Assembly (NCBI GenBank): GCA_963978365.1
Contig: CAXBQX010000004.1
Coordinates: forward strand, 4,220-68,219
Direction: 5' to 3'
Length of the DNA stretch: 64,000 nt
Origin: an uncultured Opitutales bacterium
GTDB taxonomy: Bacteria; Verrucomicrobiota; Verrucomicrobiia; Opitutales; Seribacteraceae
The position numbers and the translations under genes are program-made. The notes beneath the pieces are model-generated. The model was not told the DNA's origin. It worked only from the letters and a program-made list of their open reading frames with translations, and searched no databases. Of the stretch, positions 19,354 to 29,827 are shown piece by piece. How positions within the stretch are numbered: the first letter of the stretch is position 1; each line of letters begins with the position of its first letter.

Positions 19354-19941
19354 ATGAGCGAAGAAAAAGATCAAGATAAGGAAAAGAAATCCGGTTCGGT
19401 CGCTGAAGCGATCCAATCCAAATTTTTAGAAGACCGTAAAGTGTTCCTCTGGGGAGAGGTGAGTGATAAATCGGCTCGAGATATCACCGAAAAACTTCTT
19501 CATTTAGAAGCGACTGACCCTGGGAAAGAGATAACCTTTTACATCAACTCTCCCGGAGGTTCCATTACCGCAGGGATGGCTATCTTTGATACCATGCAAC
19601 TGATCAGTTCACCCATTAAAGTGGTGGTGACAGGGATGGCTGCAAGCATGGGTTCCATACTTCTTTGTGGTGCATCCAAAGGGCTGAGGTACCTTTACCC
19701 ACATTCACGTGTCCTGATTCACCAACCCTTGATCACTGGAAGAATGGTGGCTGCTGCGGTAGATATCAATATTCAGGCTCAGGAAATGGAGCGTTTACGC
19801 GAGGAGCTCAATACGATTCTCGCTCGGACATCTGGTCAACCTATGGAAAAAATCCAACAGGACACAGACCGCGATTTCTACCTCAACGCACAAGAAGCGA
19901 TCGAATACGGTTTAGCGGATAAAATCATCGAAAAGATCTAA
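19354..19941 (+). CDS. clpP: ATP-dependent Clp protease proteolytic subunit
   Basis: YINSPGGS, GMAASMG (Ser), IHQP (His) and DRDFY (Asp). Confidence 0.95.
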   Translation: MSEEKDQDKEKKSGSVAEAIQSKFLEDRKVFLWGEVSDKSARDITEKLLHLEATDPGKEITFYINSPGGSITAGMAIFDTMQLISSPIKVVVTGMAASMGSILLCGASKGLRYLYPHSRVLIHQPLITGRMVAAAVDINIQAQEMERLREELNTILARTSGQPMEKIQQDTDRDFYLNAQEAIEYGLADKIIEKI

Positions 19942-19957
19942 GTCCTTTTCGCCCCTA

Positions 19958-21076
19958 TTAATCCATTTTTATTTTCCCCATTTCTGTAATGGGAAGAGCG
20001 TCCGTAATTTTCCATACTTTTGGATACATGTAATCTGGTATTTTAGATTTCGTATATCTTTTCAAATCTTCAAGGTTTGTACTTGTCGGGCAAATTAAAG
20101 CGGTTACAGACTCCCCCCATTTCTCATCGGGTTCTCCGTATACTAGGCATTGTTCAACCAAGCCACTTTTATAGAGGATACTTTCGACCCATTCGGGCTG
20201 TATTTTTTCTCCGCCCGAATTAATCACCCGATCGCTACGGCCCGTGATAACCAGCGAGTTATTCGAGTTGATATAGCCTAAATCTGGCATCGTTAGCCAG
20301 GAGTTGGTTTGAAAGTCCTGACTACCCCGGCTTAAGCACAGGCTGGAAGCTTGCACTTCGACCTTGCCTGTATCTTCATCCAGTTGAATGGAGGCATGGG
20401 AAAGAGCCTCCCCCACCCCATCCACCCCATCTAAAAACAAATCAGAACCAAGCAGGGTGACCATGCCCGCCGTCTCTGAAGATCCGTAACATGGGCAAAT
20501 TGGTAGCATCAAAGAACGGCATCTTTGCACAAGATGAAAACTCATACCTGCGCCACCCACAAAAATACCCTTGGCCAATTTAAGGCAATCCACCGCGGGC
20601 TTGGACTTAATCAATTCATGCAATTGTGCAGGAACCAAGGATATCCACTTCCCTAAGAGAATGTCTCGATTTTCTTTTTTGGATAAATCTCGGTAATCAC
20701 AAAAAACAATCTGCCCTTGGGTGGCCCATGCTCTTTCGATCTGCATCCACCCGCCCACATGCCACAAAGGAAGGCAGCAGACAGAGTCCAGAGGGGATGA
20801 ACCTATGCGATCCACTAAACCAGATACAGCACACCCGATTGTTTGCTGGTTATGGGTAACCAGTTCAGGGTCCCCACTGGTTCCGCCTGAAAAAAATCCA
20901 AGGGTTGGGTAATCCGCATTCTCAGTCCTATCAACAGGGTTTTCCGGTTGAAAAACAACGGAACTTCCTTCGGATAGTATTTGGTGTGCTTTGTTTGCAT
21001 AGGCGAAGAGAAAATCTCCTTTTGGGCTGCCCAGGCTTTGCCATGAGCAGCTTCTGCTTTTGTAGGGTGTGGTCAT
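19958..21076 (-). CDS. menE: O-succinylbenzoate--CoA ligase-like AMP-binding enzyme (short form)
   Basis: SGGTSGDP, LPLWHVGG, YGSSET, GRSDRVINSGGEKI, WGE and MGK, coupled to a menC-like gene. Confidence 0.75.
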   Translation of the reverse strand: MTTPYKSRSCSWQSLGSPKGDFLFAYANKAHQILSEGSSVVFQPENPVDRTENADYPTLGFFSGGTSGDPELVTHNQQTIGCAVSGLVDRIGSSPLDSVCCLPLWHVGGWMQIERAWATQGQIVFCDYRDLSKKENRDILLGKWISLVPAQLHELIKSKPAVDCLKLAKGIFVGGAGMSFHLVQRCRSLMLPICPCYGSSETAGMVTLLGSDLFLDGVDGVGEALSHASIQLDEDTGKVEVQASSLCLSRGSQDFQTNSWLTMPDLGYINSNNSLVITGRSDRVINSGGEKIQPEWVESILYKSGLVEQCLVYGEPDEKWGESVTALICPTSTNLEDLKRYTKSKIPDYMYPKVWKITDALPITEMGKIKMD

Positions 21077-22023
21077 TTTCTCAATCTATTCCACAATCTA
21101 TATAAGTCTGCAACGGACACAGATGGACTGGTAAGTGCCGCTTGGTGGTGGGAAGAAAACTCTTGTGCCTGATCGATCAAGCAGGTTCGATCCAATCCTG
21201 GAGAGAGACTGGAATAGGCAGAGAGGCGAATTAACGCCTCATACCCAAAGGGAGACTCAAAGCCGGTGGAAACTACTGCATGGTCTTTTCGGTGCTGGAT
21301 CACTTGGACCATACCCTCCCAGTCATCATAAAAAGTGGGCTTAAACACCAAAAACAAATGAAGAGGAAGTTGGGAAATTATATGCATCGATTGCATCCGT
21401 AACAGAGCTTCATCAAGGGCTAGAGGAACTGGAGAGTCCTGAGAAAACTCGATGAGCCAATCTTCATCCTCTCTTGCTGTTGGTTGTTCGATAAATTGGA
21501 TACATTCGTATGGATGGATCGCATCGATCCAACGCTTAAGGTCATCCCGTGAAAAACTTTCATTGGGATCGAGGCGCACCTTCACTCCTTCCCCCAATTG
21601 ATCAAGCCATTTACAAATAACAGGAATTTCTTCTCTGGTAGTTAAGAGACCAATTTTTCTTTTAATGACTCCACTTATCTCTGGTTTTTCCTTCGACCAA
21701 ATATGAGCCGTTTCTGGCAGGGTAGCTTCTGGCAAACAGGAACCCCAGATTCCTGATTGCAAGCAACTTAAAGCAGGCCCAAGAAGAGAGAACGACTGGA
21801 TTTCACCACCCTTTTCGGACCATATTTTTGCCTCTGATATTGCCTGCTCTAGATTGAACTCCCCGAAACCTGGAAGGGGGGAGATTTCACCAAAAGATAT
21901 CTGCCCACACTCATCAACCTGGTGCAAGACCAGTGCCTTCTTTTCCCGAATAAGCCCTCGGGAGGTGGCGAGAGGATGATGGAGGGTTTGGGATAAAAGG
22001 TGATAACTTCTGGTGGGTTTCAT
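21073..22023 (-). CDS. menC: O-succinylbenzoate synthase (enolase superfamily)
   Basis: GEISPLPGF, KxK (KRKIG), RLDPN, FIEQP, ALDE and VFKP. The ATG at 22023 is preferred over 22092. Confidence 0.75.
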   Translation of the reverse strand: MKPTRSYHLLSQTLHHPLATSRGLIREKKALVLHQVDECGQISFGEISPLPGFGEFNLEQAISEAKIWSEKGGEIQSFSLLGPALSCLQSGIWGSCLPEATLPETAHIWSKEKPEISGVIKRKIGLLTTREEIPVICKWLDQLGEGVKVRLDPNESFSRDDLKRWIDAIHPYECIQFIEQPTAREDEDWLIEFSQDSPVPLALDEALLRMQSMHIISQLPLHLFLVFKPTFYDDWEGMVQVIQHRKDHAVVSTGFESPFGYEALIRLSAYSSLSPGLDRTCLIDQAQEFSSHHQAALTSPSVSVADLYRLWNRLRK

Positions 22024-22094
22024 TAAATATCCTTGAGAATAAAAGCGGTTTAGATCATATAAAACATAGTCGATGGACAACAAAAGCACCAATC

Positions 22095-23648
22095 ATGGAT
22101 AACGAGTTATTCCTCGAAGCGAATGAGTTTTTCTCCCGTTCCTTACCGAACGGGCTGACTTTTGATGATGTATCCTTAGTCACACGCTACTCAGAGGTTC
22201 TTCCGGGTCAAGTTAAGTTGGATACCCAACTATGCGATTCGATCAGGTTAAGCTTACCCATGGTCTCTTCCGATATGGATACGGTGACCGAATCCGAAAT
22301 GGCAATTGGTATGGCCCTGAATGGCGGACTGGGACTGATTCATTACAATATGTCCCAGCGTCAGCAGGTTAAGGAAGTCGCCCGGGTGAAACATCATGTC
22401 CATGGACTCATCCAGGACCCCATTTGTTTCTCGGCCGATCACTTCATTGGGGATGTATTAAAAACCATCGAGGAAAAAAACTTTCAGTTTCGCACATTCC
22501 CAATTGTGGACGAGGATGGAAAATTACTCGGTCTTCTTCCGGGCAGAGTCGTTAAAGAGCGCTATCGAGACCATAAAGTAACCGATGGGATGCTTGCGAG
22601 GGACAAAGTTTTTACGATTCGAGAATCAGAAGTGGGAGACGATCCCATCGTTACCGCGGATCATTTTTTTAGTAAACACATGGGGATCCACAAACTTTTA
22701 GTGGTCGATGATCAGGACCGGATGAGAGGTCTCTACACCCTAAGTGATATTGAGAGAATCATGGATGAATCAAGTGGACACTTAAAACCGTCCCGCGACT
22801 CCAAGTTTCGCTTACTTTGTGGAGCTGCAGTTTCCGTACCCCGTGATGATCAGGGCAATATTGAAAAAGACTCCTTAATTCAACATGTCGGAGAAATGGT
22901 AGACCACGGGCTCAACCTTGTGGCAGTATCCACTGCCCATGGGCATACCAAGGGAGTTGGGGATGCGATTCGTTTCCTCCGCGATGCATTTGGTGATCTT
23001 CCTATTATGGCAGGAAATGTGACCACCGGAGAAGGGGTTGAATTTCTGGGCGATGCGGGTGCCAATATTATTAAAATTGGTCAGGGTCCCGGTTCAATTT
23101 GCACCACCCGAATCGTTGCTGGTGTGGGAACTCCTCAAATGACCGCACTCTATGCATCTTCTAAATCAAAGAAAAAGGCGGGGGTAACGATTCTGGCAGA
23201 TGGGGGAATCAATAAGTCTGGAGATATCGTTAAGGCTCTCACTCTAGCCGATGGGGTGATTTGCGGTGGTTTGCTCGCTGGTTGCCGGGAGGCACCCGGT
23301 GCAATTATCGAAATTGAAGGAAAGTACTATAAGCAGTACCGCGGGATGGGAAGCCTGGAAGCGATGCGGGATGGTTCCGCAGCCCGATACGGCCACAGCC
23401 AAAAAGATTTGCGAGGAAAAAGTGCCCCCGAAGGTATCGAAGCCCTTAAAGAGGTATCCGGATCTCTCCGGGAAGTATTGGTAAATTTAGCGGGAGGCGT
23501 TCGGGCCGGACTGGGTTATTTGGGTGCTCAAGATTTATCCGAACTTCAAAAAAATGCCCGATTTATTCGTGTGACACCCGCAGGTCAGCGTGAGTCTGCC
23601 CCGCATGATGTGGTGGAAATCAAACGAAGCGATTTAAACCGATCCTAA
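22095..23648 (+). CDS. guaB: IMP dehydrogenase (with CBS pair)
   Basis: [25 protein letters not shown] (catalytic Cys), ADGGI, YRGMGS and PEGIE. Confidence 0.97.
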   Translation: MDNELFLEANEFFSRSLPNGLTFDDVSLVTRYSEVLPGQVKLDTQLCDSIRLSLPMVSSDMDTVTESEMAIGMALNGGLGLIHYNMSQRQQVKEVARVKHHVHGLIQDPICFSADHFIGDVLKTIEEKNFQFRTFPIVDEDGKLLGLLPGRVVKERYRDHKVTDGMLARDKVFTIRESEVGDDPIVTADHFFSKHMGIHKLLVVDDQDRMRGLYTLSDIERIMDESSGHLKPSRDSKFRLLCGAAVSVPRDDQGNIEKDSLIQHVGEMVDHGLNLVAVSTAHGHTKGVGDAIRFLRDAFGDLPIMAGNVTTGEGVEFLGDAGANIIKIGQGPGSICTTRIVAGVGTPQMTALYASSKSKKKAGVTILADGGINKSGDIVKALTLADGVICGGLLAGCREAPGAIIEIEGKYYKQYRGMGSLEAMRDGSAARYGHSQKDLRGKSAPEGIEALKEVSGSLREVLVNLAGGVRAGLGYLGAQDLSELQKNARFIRVTPAGQRESAPHDVVEIKRSDLNRS

Positions 23649-23660
23649 TTTTTTCATTTG

Positions 23661-25238
23661 ATGGCTACTTTGGAAAAAAATGTAGAACCCTCCCTAGTTT
23701 CTGTAATCGGGATAAGCATGGGGGATGAAGGCAAAGGCCGGGTTGTCCATGAAATCCTTGAGCATCAAAAAAGGGTATATAACGAACCCGCCGCTGGCGT
23801 AATGAAAGTCAATGGCGGAGCCAATGCCGGTCATACCGCAGCAGGCCTAAAACTGAATCTGCTCCCTTCTGGTGTAGGTGACCCTGCAGTGCCAACCCTT
23901 CTGATTGGATCAGGCGTGGTTGCAGACCCCCGGAAATTTCTCTGGGAAGCAAAACCTCTCGAAGCCAGAGGATTGCAGGTAATGAATCGGTTGCTGATCG
24001 ATGAAAAGTGCCAAATGAGCGACCTGAGTCACCGTTTACTCGACCTGGCTTGGGAAAACTATCGGGTCCGTCAATTGGGTATGGAAAGCCGGGGATCGAC
24101 CGGTCGTGGAATCAGCCCAGCTTATGGAGATGAAACCGGGCAATGGCAAATTTTCTACCAAAGCTTTCTCGAAGATAAAGATGAATTCATTCTTTCGATG
24201 AAACAACGATGCCAGCGGGCCGTGGACACAATTCGCTGGGTCTGCAAAGTAGACGAACCCACATGGTTTCAGTTTTTTGATATCCTGAGCACAGCGGAAA
24301 AGCGGGCCAACCAAGCATCCATTGAAGAGAATATTTTTCCGGAAGAAGAATTTGATTTTCAAAAATTCTTGGGCAATGAACCCTTTACCTTAGACATGGA
24401 TGCACTGATTGATGTCTATTGGATGGCAGGAAAAGAACTGAAAAGCTGTATTGGGGATGGTCGTGATTTCCTTATTGATTCCGCTCAAAAAAAGAAACTC
24501 GTTGTCGCTGAATTTGGACAAGCGTACTGGCTCGATAAGAGGCATGGATTTACGCCTAATGTGACTGCATCTCACACCACAAGTGCAGAACTCTTTCATT
24601 CCGGAGGGATTCCTTTACAACCCCTCACTCAAATTGGATGTTGCAAGGCTTACGATACAAAGGTGGGCACCCATCACTTCTTAACCCAGATGGACCACCT
24701 CACGGATCCTTGGGGTAAAAAGTTGGCAAAATTAGAATTTGGCACATCCACGGGCCGGCAGCGGATGGTGGGCTGGTTTGATGCCGTCGAGAAAGGAAAT
24801 GCTCTGAGATACGGAGGGTTTGATCAAATTGTGATCAATAAACTGGATGCCCTCACTCTGGATAGCACGGTTCCCTCTGAGCTTAAAATTTGCACAGCCT
24901 ATGAACTTCCGGATGGTAACATTACCCGATCCGTACCCCGGAATGAATCGCTCCGTAAAACCTTGAAGCCCATTTATAAATGCATGCAAGGTTGGACTGA
25001 AGACCTCCGAGGGATTGCAAATTTTGAGGAACTTCCTGAACAAGCGAAGCAATACATATCTGAAATGTTCTCCAGTCTGATAGAGGTTGCATTTCCTAAT
25101 GGATATGCCGAAATAAAATTACCCAAAATTCGATTTATAGGAATTGGACCCGATCCAGGAGAAATTATCTCAGACCTCCCCTCTCCTGAAGATCTTCTTT
25201 CCTACTCCCAAAGTGTTCAGCTTTCCGCGGTTTCGTGA
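23661..25238 (+). CDS. purA: Adenylosuccinate synthetase (divergent, long)
   Basis: GDEGKG, GGANAGHT, LPSG, GSTGRGISPAY, EFGTSTGRQRMVGWFD and NKLD. Confidence 0.9.
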   Translation: MATLEKNVEPSLVSVIGISMGDEGKGRVVHEILEHQKRVYNEPAAGVMKVNGGANAGHTAAGLKLNLLPSGVGDPAVPTLLIGSGVVADPRKFLWEAKPLEARGLQVMNRLLIDEKCQMSDLSHRLLDLAWENYRVRQLGMESRGSTGRGISPAYGDETGQWQIFYQSFLEDKDEFILSMKQRCQRAVDTIRWVCKVDEPTWFQFFDILSTAEKRANQASIEENIFPEEEFDFQKFLGNEPFTLDMDALIDVYWMAGKELKSCIGDGRDFLIDSAQKKKLVVAEFGQAYWLDKRHGFTPNVTASHTTSAELFHSGGIPLQPLTQIGCCKAYDTKVGTHHFLTQMDHLTDPWGKKLAKLEFGTSTGRQRMVGWFDAVEKGNALRYGGFDQIVINKLDALTLDSTVPSELKICTAYELPDGNITRSVPRNESLRKTLKPIYKCMQGWTEDLRGIANFEELPEQAKQYISEMFSSLIEVAFPNGYAEIKLPKIRFIGIGPDPGEIISDLPSPEDLLSYSQSVQLSAVS

Positions 25239-26164
25239 CCACAAGCCCACCCCGACTCGATGATTTTCGCCAAAGAATTTCGTGGCGTGATGTAGAAAAT
25301 TCTCAGGATTTAAAGGATCTTTTAAAGGTTTGTATTCGGGAAGATCTTAATCCGCAAAAAGTCCGGCAAGCATGGGAACACGACCTGACCTCTGAGGTCT
25401 GTAATTTAGAAGGTAGTGGCACTGCCCAGCTGACCTGCCGAGAGCCTCTGATTCTATGTGGTGTTCAACTTGCAGACCTATTAATCGAAACATTTTCATG
25501 CGATCAGCTAAAGTTTCAGTCTCACTTGGAGGACGGGGCTAAGTGCGAGAAAGGTCAACCCATTGGAACTATTTCCGGTTCAATTAAGCAAATTTTGGCA
25601 ATTGAGAGAACCTTGCTTAATTTCATCCAGCGTTTATCGGGTGTGGCTACCAGTTCGGCTCGATTTGTCTCCATTCTTGAGCCCTATGGAGTGGGTTTAT
25701 TGGATACCAGGAAAACCACTCCCGGCCATCGTTTACTCGAAAAATATGCGACTTCATGCGGAGGTTCCTTCAATCATCGGATGGGTTTATTTGACCGAGT
25801 ATTGATCAAGGATAACCACTTAGCTGCTGCGGGCGTGGATCATGGAGATTCTCTGATTAATTTTCTTAGAGAAGTCAAAAAACGAGCCAAAGAAAAATTG
25901 GTTGAAGTGGAAATCGACCACCTTTCGCAATTACTCCCCGCTATGGAAGGTGGCGTGGATGCCGTTTTATTGGATAACTTCACCCCCTCAGATGTAGCTC
26001 ATGCGGTTGAAATGAGCGAAAATCAGATCATCCTCGAGGCCAGTGGAGGAATCAACCTGCAAAATATCTCAGAATACGCACAAGCCCGCCCACACTTCAT
26101 CTCCTCAGGTGCTCCGGTGCACAATGCAAAATGGATTGATATCGGGCTAGACTGGATCAAGTAG
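25235..26164 (+). CDS. nadC: Quinolinate phosphoribosyltransferase
   Basis: ERTLLNFIQRLSGVAT, LDTRKTTPG, NHRMGLFD, IKDNH, LLDN and EASGG. Confidence 0.95.
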   Translation: MTTSPPRLDDFRQRISWRDVENSQDLKDLLKVCIREDLNPQKVRQAWEHDLTSEVCNLEGSGTAQLTCREPLILCGVQLADLLIETFSCDQLKFQSHLEDGAKCEKGQPIGTISGSIKQILAIERTLLNFIQRLSGVATSSARFVSILEPYGVGLLDTRKTTPGHRLLEKYATSCGGSFNHRMGLFDRVLIKDNHLAAAGVDHGDSLINFLREVKKRAKEKLVEVEIDHLSQLLPAMEGGVDAVLLDNFTPSDVAHAVEMSENQIILEASGGINLQNISEYAQARPHFISSGAPVHNAKWIDIGLDWIK

Positions 26165-26165
26165 T

Positions 26166-27221
26166 ATGGCTAAATACCCAACTGGAAAAAAGAAGGCATT
26201 TTACCCAAAGGGCAAACAAAGCAGTCCAAGAAAGAAGCTGGATCCAAATCTTTATGTATTGAGTTCTTTACTGCAAGCATCTCCCCACTATGTCTCTGGG
26301 AATTACTTGGCAGATAGGCTCAAGATGTCGAGAGTCGGCGTTTGGGCTAGGGTAGACAAATTGCGCAAAGCTGGTCTCTCTATTGAGGCAAGCCAGAACC
26401 GTGGGTATCGATTGGCAGGTGAACCTGATATATTGGTTCGACCTCTCCTTGAGGCATGGCTTGATCATTGCAAGGTTGAGGTTCCATTTCATCTTCTGGA
26501 AACCACTGATAGTACAAATTCTGAAGCCGAACGGTTGCTCGCGTCTGGGCATGCGGCTCCCTTTGCAGTGTTGAGCCACACACAAAATACTGGACGCGGA
26601 AGACTCGGGAGAAAATGGCACAGCCCCAAAGGAGGCAACCTGTACCTTAGCATAGCACTTCAGCCCAATGTAGAACTGGTGAAATTTCGGAATTTTACCC
26701 TTTGGCAGGGAATTTCCATTGGTAAATTTCTTAAAAACCATACCGGAATTGAGCATCTGCAGGTTAAATGGCCCAACGATTTAATTTGTGAAAACAAAAA
26801 ATTGGGAGGTATGCTTACAGAAGCCTCAATTGACTGTGATCAGGTAAGATCCATCGTTTTTGGGATTGGGCTGAATATCAACTCCTCTCCATCCCAATTT
26901 CCCGATGAGATCAAAAACAAATCCACATCCCTGAAAGAGCTAAGCCAGGCAAACTGGAGAATGCACGAACTCGCGGCCAAAATCATTAAAGTGTGCCTGA
27001 CAGCCAGTGAGGAATGTTTTGAGGGGGTTGCAGATAAGAGACTTTTTCAGGAATGGGCAGGCATGGATTTTCTCGCTGGCAAAAAAGTGAAAATAGAAAA
27101 CGGGAAGGAATCGTTTCAGGGAAAAGCAAATGGAATAGATGAAAGTGGCGGGCTTTTGATCAAACTCAAAAATGGGAAAGAAAAGGTCGTGCACGCTGGA
27201 GATGTAATCCTTCTTCTATGA
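26166..27221 (+). CDS. birA: Bifunctional biotin--ACC ligase / repressor (type II BirA)
   Basis: N-terminal HTH (SGNYLADRLKMSRVGVW...RGYRL), STN, GRGRLGRKWHSP, KWPND and KLGGML. Confidence 0.95.
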   Translation: MAKYPTGKKKAFYPKGKQSSPRKKLDPNLYVLSSLLQASPHYVSGNYLADRLKMSRVGVWARVDKLRKAGLSIEASQNRGYRLAGEPDILVRPLLEAWLDHCKVEVPFHLLETTDSTNSEAERLLASGHAAPFAVLSHTQNTGRGRLGRKWHSPKGGNLYLSIALQPNVELVKFRNFTLWQGISIGKFLKNHTGIEHLQVKWPNDLICENKKLGGMLTEASIDCDQVRSIVFGIGLNINSSPSQFPDEIKNKSTSLKELSQANWRMHELAAKIIKVCLTASEECFEGVADKRLFQEWAGMDFLAGKKVKIENGKESFQGKANGIDESGGLLIKLKNGKEKVVHAGDVILLL

Positions 27222-27994
27222 GTAGAATGGATATAGTTCCTCCCATTCTCTGCCTTGATATTGGAAATACCACCTGCCGGAGTGGAATTTGGTTAGATGG
27301 AAAAATCTCTCAGCAGCAAACTGTTTCAACCAAGGAATTTAAAAAAAACCTACCCGATTGGTTGGTTGCATGGAAAAACATTAAACAAATTGCATTTTGT
27401 TCTGTGGTACCAGAAGCAGAGGAACTTCTTATGCTCCATCTGGAGTCCGATAACCACGAAACCTTCCGATTAACTGCACTGAATCAATCTGGTCTTCCCG
27501 TACAATATCCTAAGGCCGAAGAAATTGGCTCGGATCGAATTGCAAACTCCTATGCCGTTTACCAAAAATATAAACTGCCTGCTGTGGTGATAGATTTGGG
27601 CACCGCAACGACATTTGATGTGGTTACAAAATCGGGTGGTTATAGAGGGGGTGTTATCTTACCGGGCCCACAAGGCATGCTTGATTATTTGGGCAGCAAA
27701 ACAGCACTTCTGCCCAAAATCGACCTTGCAACAGCTTCCCGCAATTGCAGGGTGATTGGACAAGATACCCGAACTGCACTGATGAGTGGGATTCTACATG
27801 GATATCTTCCGATGCTCCATGGGATCCTGGAAGCAATCAAAGTGGAATTGGGAAACGAAGGTGAAACCATTCAATCTGTTATACAAACGGGTGGAGAATC
27901 AAAAAATTTCCTGATGGATGGGGCCATAATCGATTCAACCCTTACACTAGATGGACTTGCCCTCGCCTGCGTTGCGGACCAAGCTAATCGGTAA
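27218..27994 (+). CDS. coaX: Type III pantothenate kinase
   Basis: LDIGNT, CSVVP, IGSDR, IDLGTATTFD, GGVILPG and TGG. Confidence 0.95.
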   Translation: MSRMDIVPPILCLDIGNTTCRSGIWLDGKISQQQTVSTKEFKKNLPDWLVAWKNIKQIAFCSVVPEAEELLMLHLESDNHETFRLTALNQSGLPVQYPKAEEIGSDRIANSYAVYQKYKLPAVVIDLGTATTFDVVTKSGGYRGGVILPGPQGMLDYLGSKTALLPKIDLATASRNCRVIGQDTRTALMSGILHGYLPMLHGILEAIKVELGNEGETIQSVIQTGGESKNFLMDGAIIDSTLTLDGLALACVADQANR

Positions 27995-27999
27995 TTCCC

Positions 28000-29034
28000 A
28001 TGAGTGCTGAAGCCAAGCCATTCCCCATCGTAGATGTTATAAACTTGCGAAAGAGATATGGTTTAGTGCAAGCACTCAAGGGCATCAGTTTCTCTATTGG
28101 CAAAGGAGAAATTGTCGGCTTCCTCGGCCCCAATGGTGCTGGGAAAAGCACCACCCTACGCATTCTTTCTGGTCTCATACCTGCAGACTCAGGAGAAGCC
28201 AAGGTATGCGGAGTCGACCTCGCAGAAGAAGAAGGAGAGGTACGCAAACACATTGGATTCCTAGCCGAAAACAACCCACTGCCTGAAGACCTTCGAGTGA
28301 TTGAATACCTTAAGTTTCGTGCAAACTTAAAAGGATTGGAGGGTAGCAGAAAGAGAGAAAGAATTCGAATGGTGCTTGATACCTGCGACCTTGAGAGACG
28401 GGTGTCAGAAAGAAAAATTGGCAACCTATCCAAGGGGTACCGTCAAAGGGTTGGAATTGCAGATGCTTTACTTGCTGAACCGAGACTCGTAATTCTGGAT
28501 GAGCCCACCATTGGCCTAGATCCGAGGCAGTCTGCAATTACCAGAAAGATGATGGAACGATTAAGGGGTGAGGTGTCTTTCCTTTTATCCAGCCACATAC
28601 TTTCGGAAGTTGAAGCATGTTGTGACCGCATGATCATTCTTAGTCACGGGCAGATTGTTGCTGAAGGAACGATGAATGAGTTGCAAAATATGTTTATCAA
28701 CAAAACGATTTTTGAAATCGTTTCTCCCAATACAAGGATTGAGCTACATCGGGTGATTCGTCAGATCGACCCATCTTGCGAACTACTCTCAGATGATCCA
28801 GTTGAAGTTTCCCGAAAGAACCGGTTTACATTTTCCACGACTCTAGGAGAAGAAAAAGCAGAGGAGATTTTAAGAGAATTGATCAAAGACGAACAGCTGA
28901 GCATCTCGGAGTTCCAAATCTCAAGACCAGACCTTGAGACGATTTTTTTACGGGCGACAAAAAAGAATTGGGAAGAGCATGACTATCTGGGCCGTAAAAA
29001 GAAAATGAACCTGCAAGCAACTCAGGTTGGCTAG
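28000..29034 (+). CDS. ABC transporter ATP-binding protein (GldA-like, ABC-2 type)
   Basis: GPNGAGKST, LSKGYRQRVG signature, ILDEPTIGLDP and SSHILSEVE. Confidence 0.9.
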   Translation: MSAEAKPFPIVDVINLRKRYGLVQALKGISFSIGKGEIVGFLGPNGAGKSTTLRILSGLIPADSGEAKVCGVDLAEEEGEVRKHIGFLAENNPLPEDLRVIEYLKFRANLKGLEGSRKRERIRMVLDTCDLERRVSERKIGNLSKGYRQRVGIADALLAEPRLVILDEPTIGLDPRQSAITRKMMERLRGEVSFLLSSHILSEVEACCDRMIILSHGQIVAEGTMNELQNMFINKTIFEIVSPNTRIELHRVIRQIDPSCELLSDDPVEVSRKNRFTFSTTLGEEKAEEILRELIKDEQLSISEFQISRPDLETIFLRATKKNWEEHDYLGRKKKMNLQATQVG

Positions 29035-29047
29035 CCTTGGATTGGGT

Positions 29048-29827
29048 ATGAATGGTTACTGGCACATTCTAAGGCATGAACTCTTTAGCCTGTTCATTTC
29101 TCCGTCCACCTATGTGGCTAGTTTTTATTTTTTGTCTCTTCTTGGAATTGGGTTTCGTTTTTTTATCCAAGGATTTGCTCAAACGGATTGGATTTTGCCT
29201 CCTCTCTCCTCGCTGATTGTGGGCTTAACTTTTGGCTCACCAGCTTTGGTGCCTTTTTTGACTATGCGTTCTTTTGCTGAAGAAAGAAGGCTTGGCACTT
29301 TAGAGACTCTGATGTCCGCTCCCGTTGGCTCATTTGGCTTGGTATTAGGCAAATGGATGGCTTCGCTTCTGTTCTTCCTGCTTATCTCTTTATTGGCCCT
29401 GTGCTTTCCGCTTCTTCTTTGGTATGCCTTTCCATCTCAGGCGATCAACTTGGGATTTAATCAAATCGAGCATTGGCTTGGAGGCTTTATTTTCCTTGGT
29501 ACCTTTGGGGCTAGCTTTACAGCAGTGGGAATCTTTGCCAGTTCGGTAACGAAAAACCAAATGGTTGCCGGCATGCTTACCTTTACCCTTCTTACTTTAT
29601 ATTTAGCTGTCATGGCCTTTTCTTTTGGAGAGTATCGTGATGGTTCTCTCTCTGCAGGGCTGAATGAATTTTGGAGCGTATGTATGGGATCCCTGAATCA
29701 AGGTCTGAACAAAGCTCAGCACTTTGCTGTCGGGATCATCGATTGGTCGACCATACTCCACCAAGCAGTGATTGCTTTATTCTTTTTGTGTTTGGCCACC
29801 CTTAAGATTGAAAGGCTTAAACATTAG
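29048..29827 (+). CDS. ABC-2 permease (GldF-like)
   Basis: About 6 TM segments, LTMRSFAEERRLGTLETLMSAP...LVLGK and SSVTKNQMVA. Confidence 0.85.
   Translation: MNGYWHILRHELFSLFISPSTYVASFYFLSLLGIGFRFFIQGFAQTDWILPPLSSLIVGLTFGSPALVPFLTMRSFAEERRLGTLETLMSAPVGSFGLVLGKWMASLLFFLLISLLALCFPLLLWYAFPSQAINLGFNQIEHWLGGFIFLGTFGASFTAVGIFASSVTKNQMVAGMLTFTLLTLYLAVMAFSFGEYRDGSLSAGLNEFWSVCMGSLNQGLNKAQHFAVGIIDWSTILHQAVIALFFLCLATLKIERLKH

Noticed and set aside
23661-25238. PurZ (Z-base synthesis) interpretation of the divergent purA
   Set aside because: It keeps the Asp in GDEGKG, sits beside guaB in a housekeeping run, and has no phage context.
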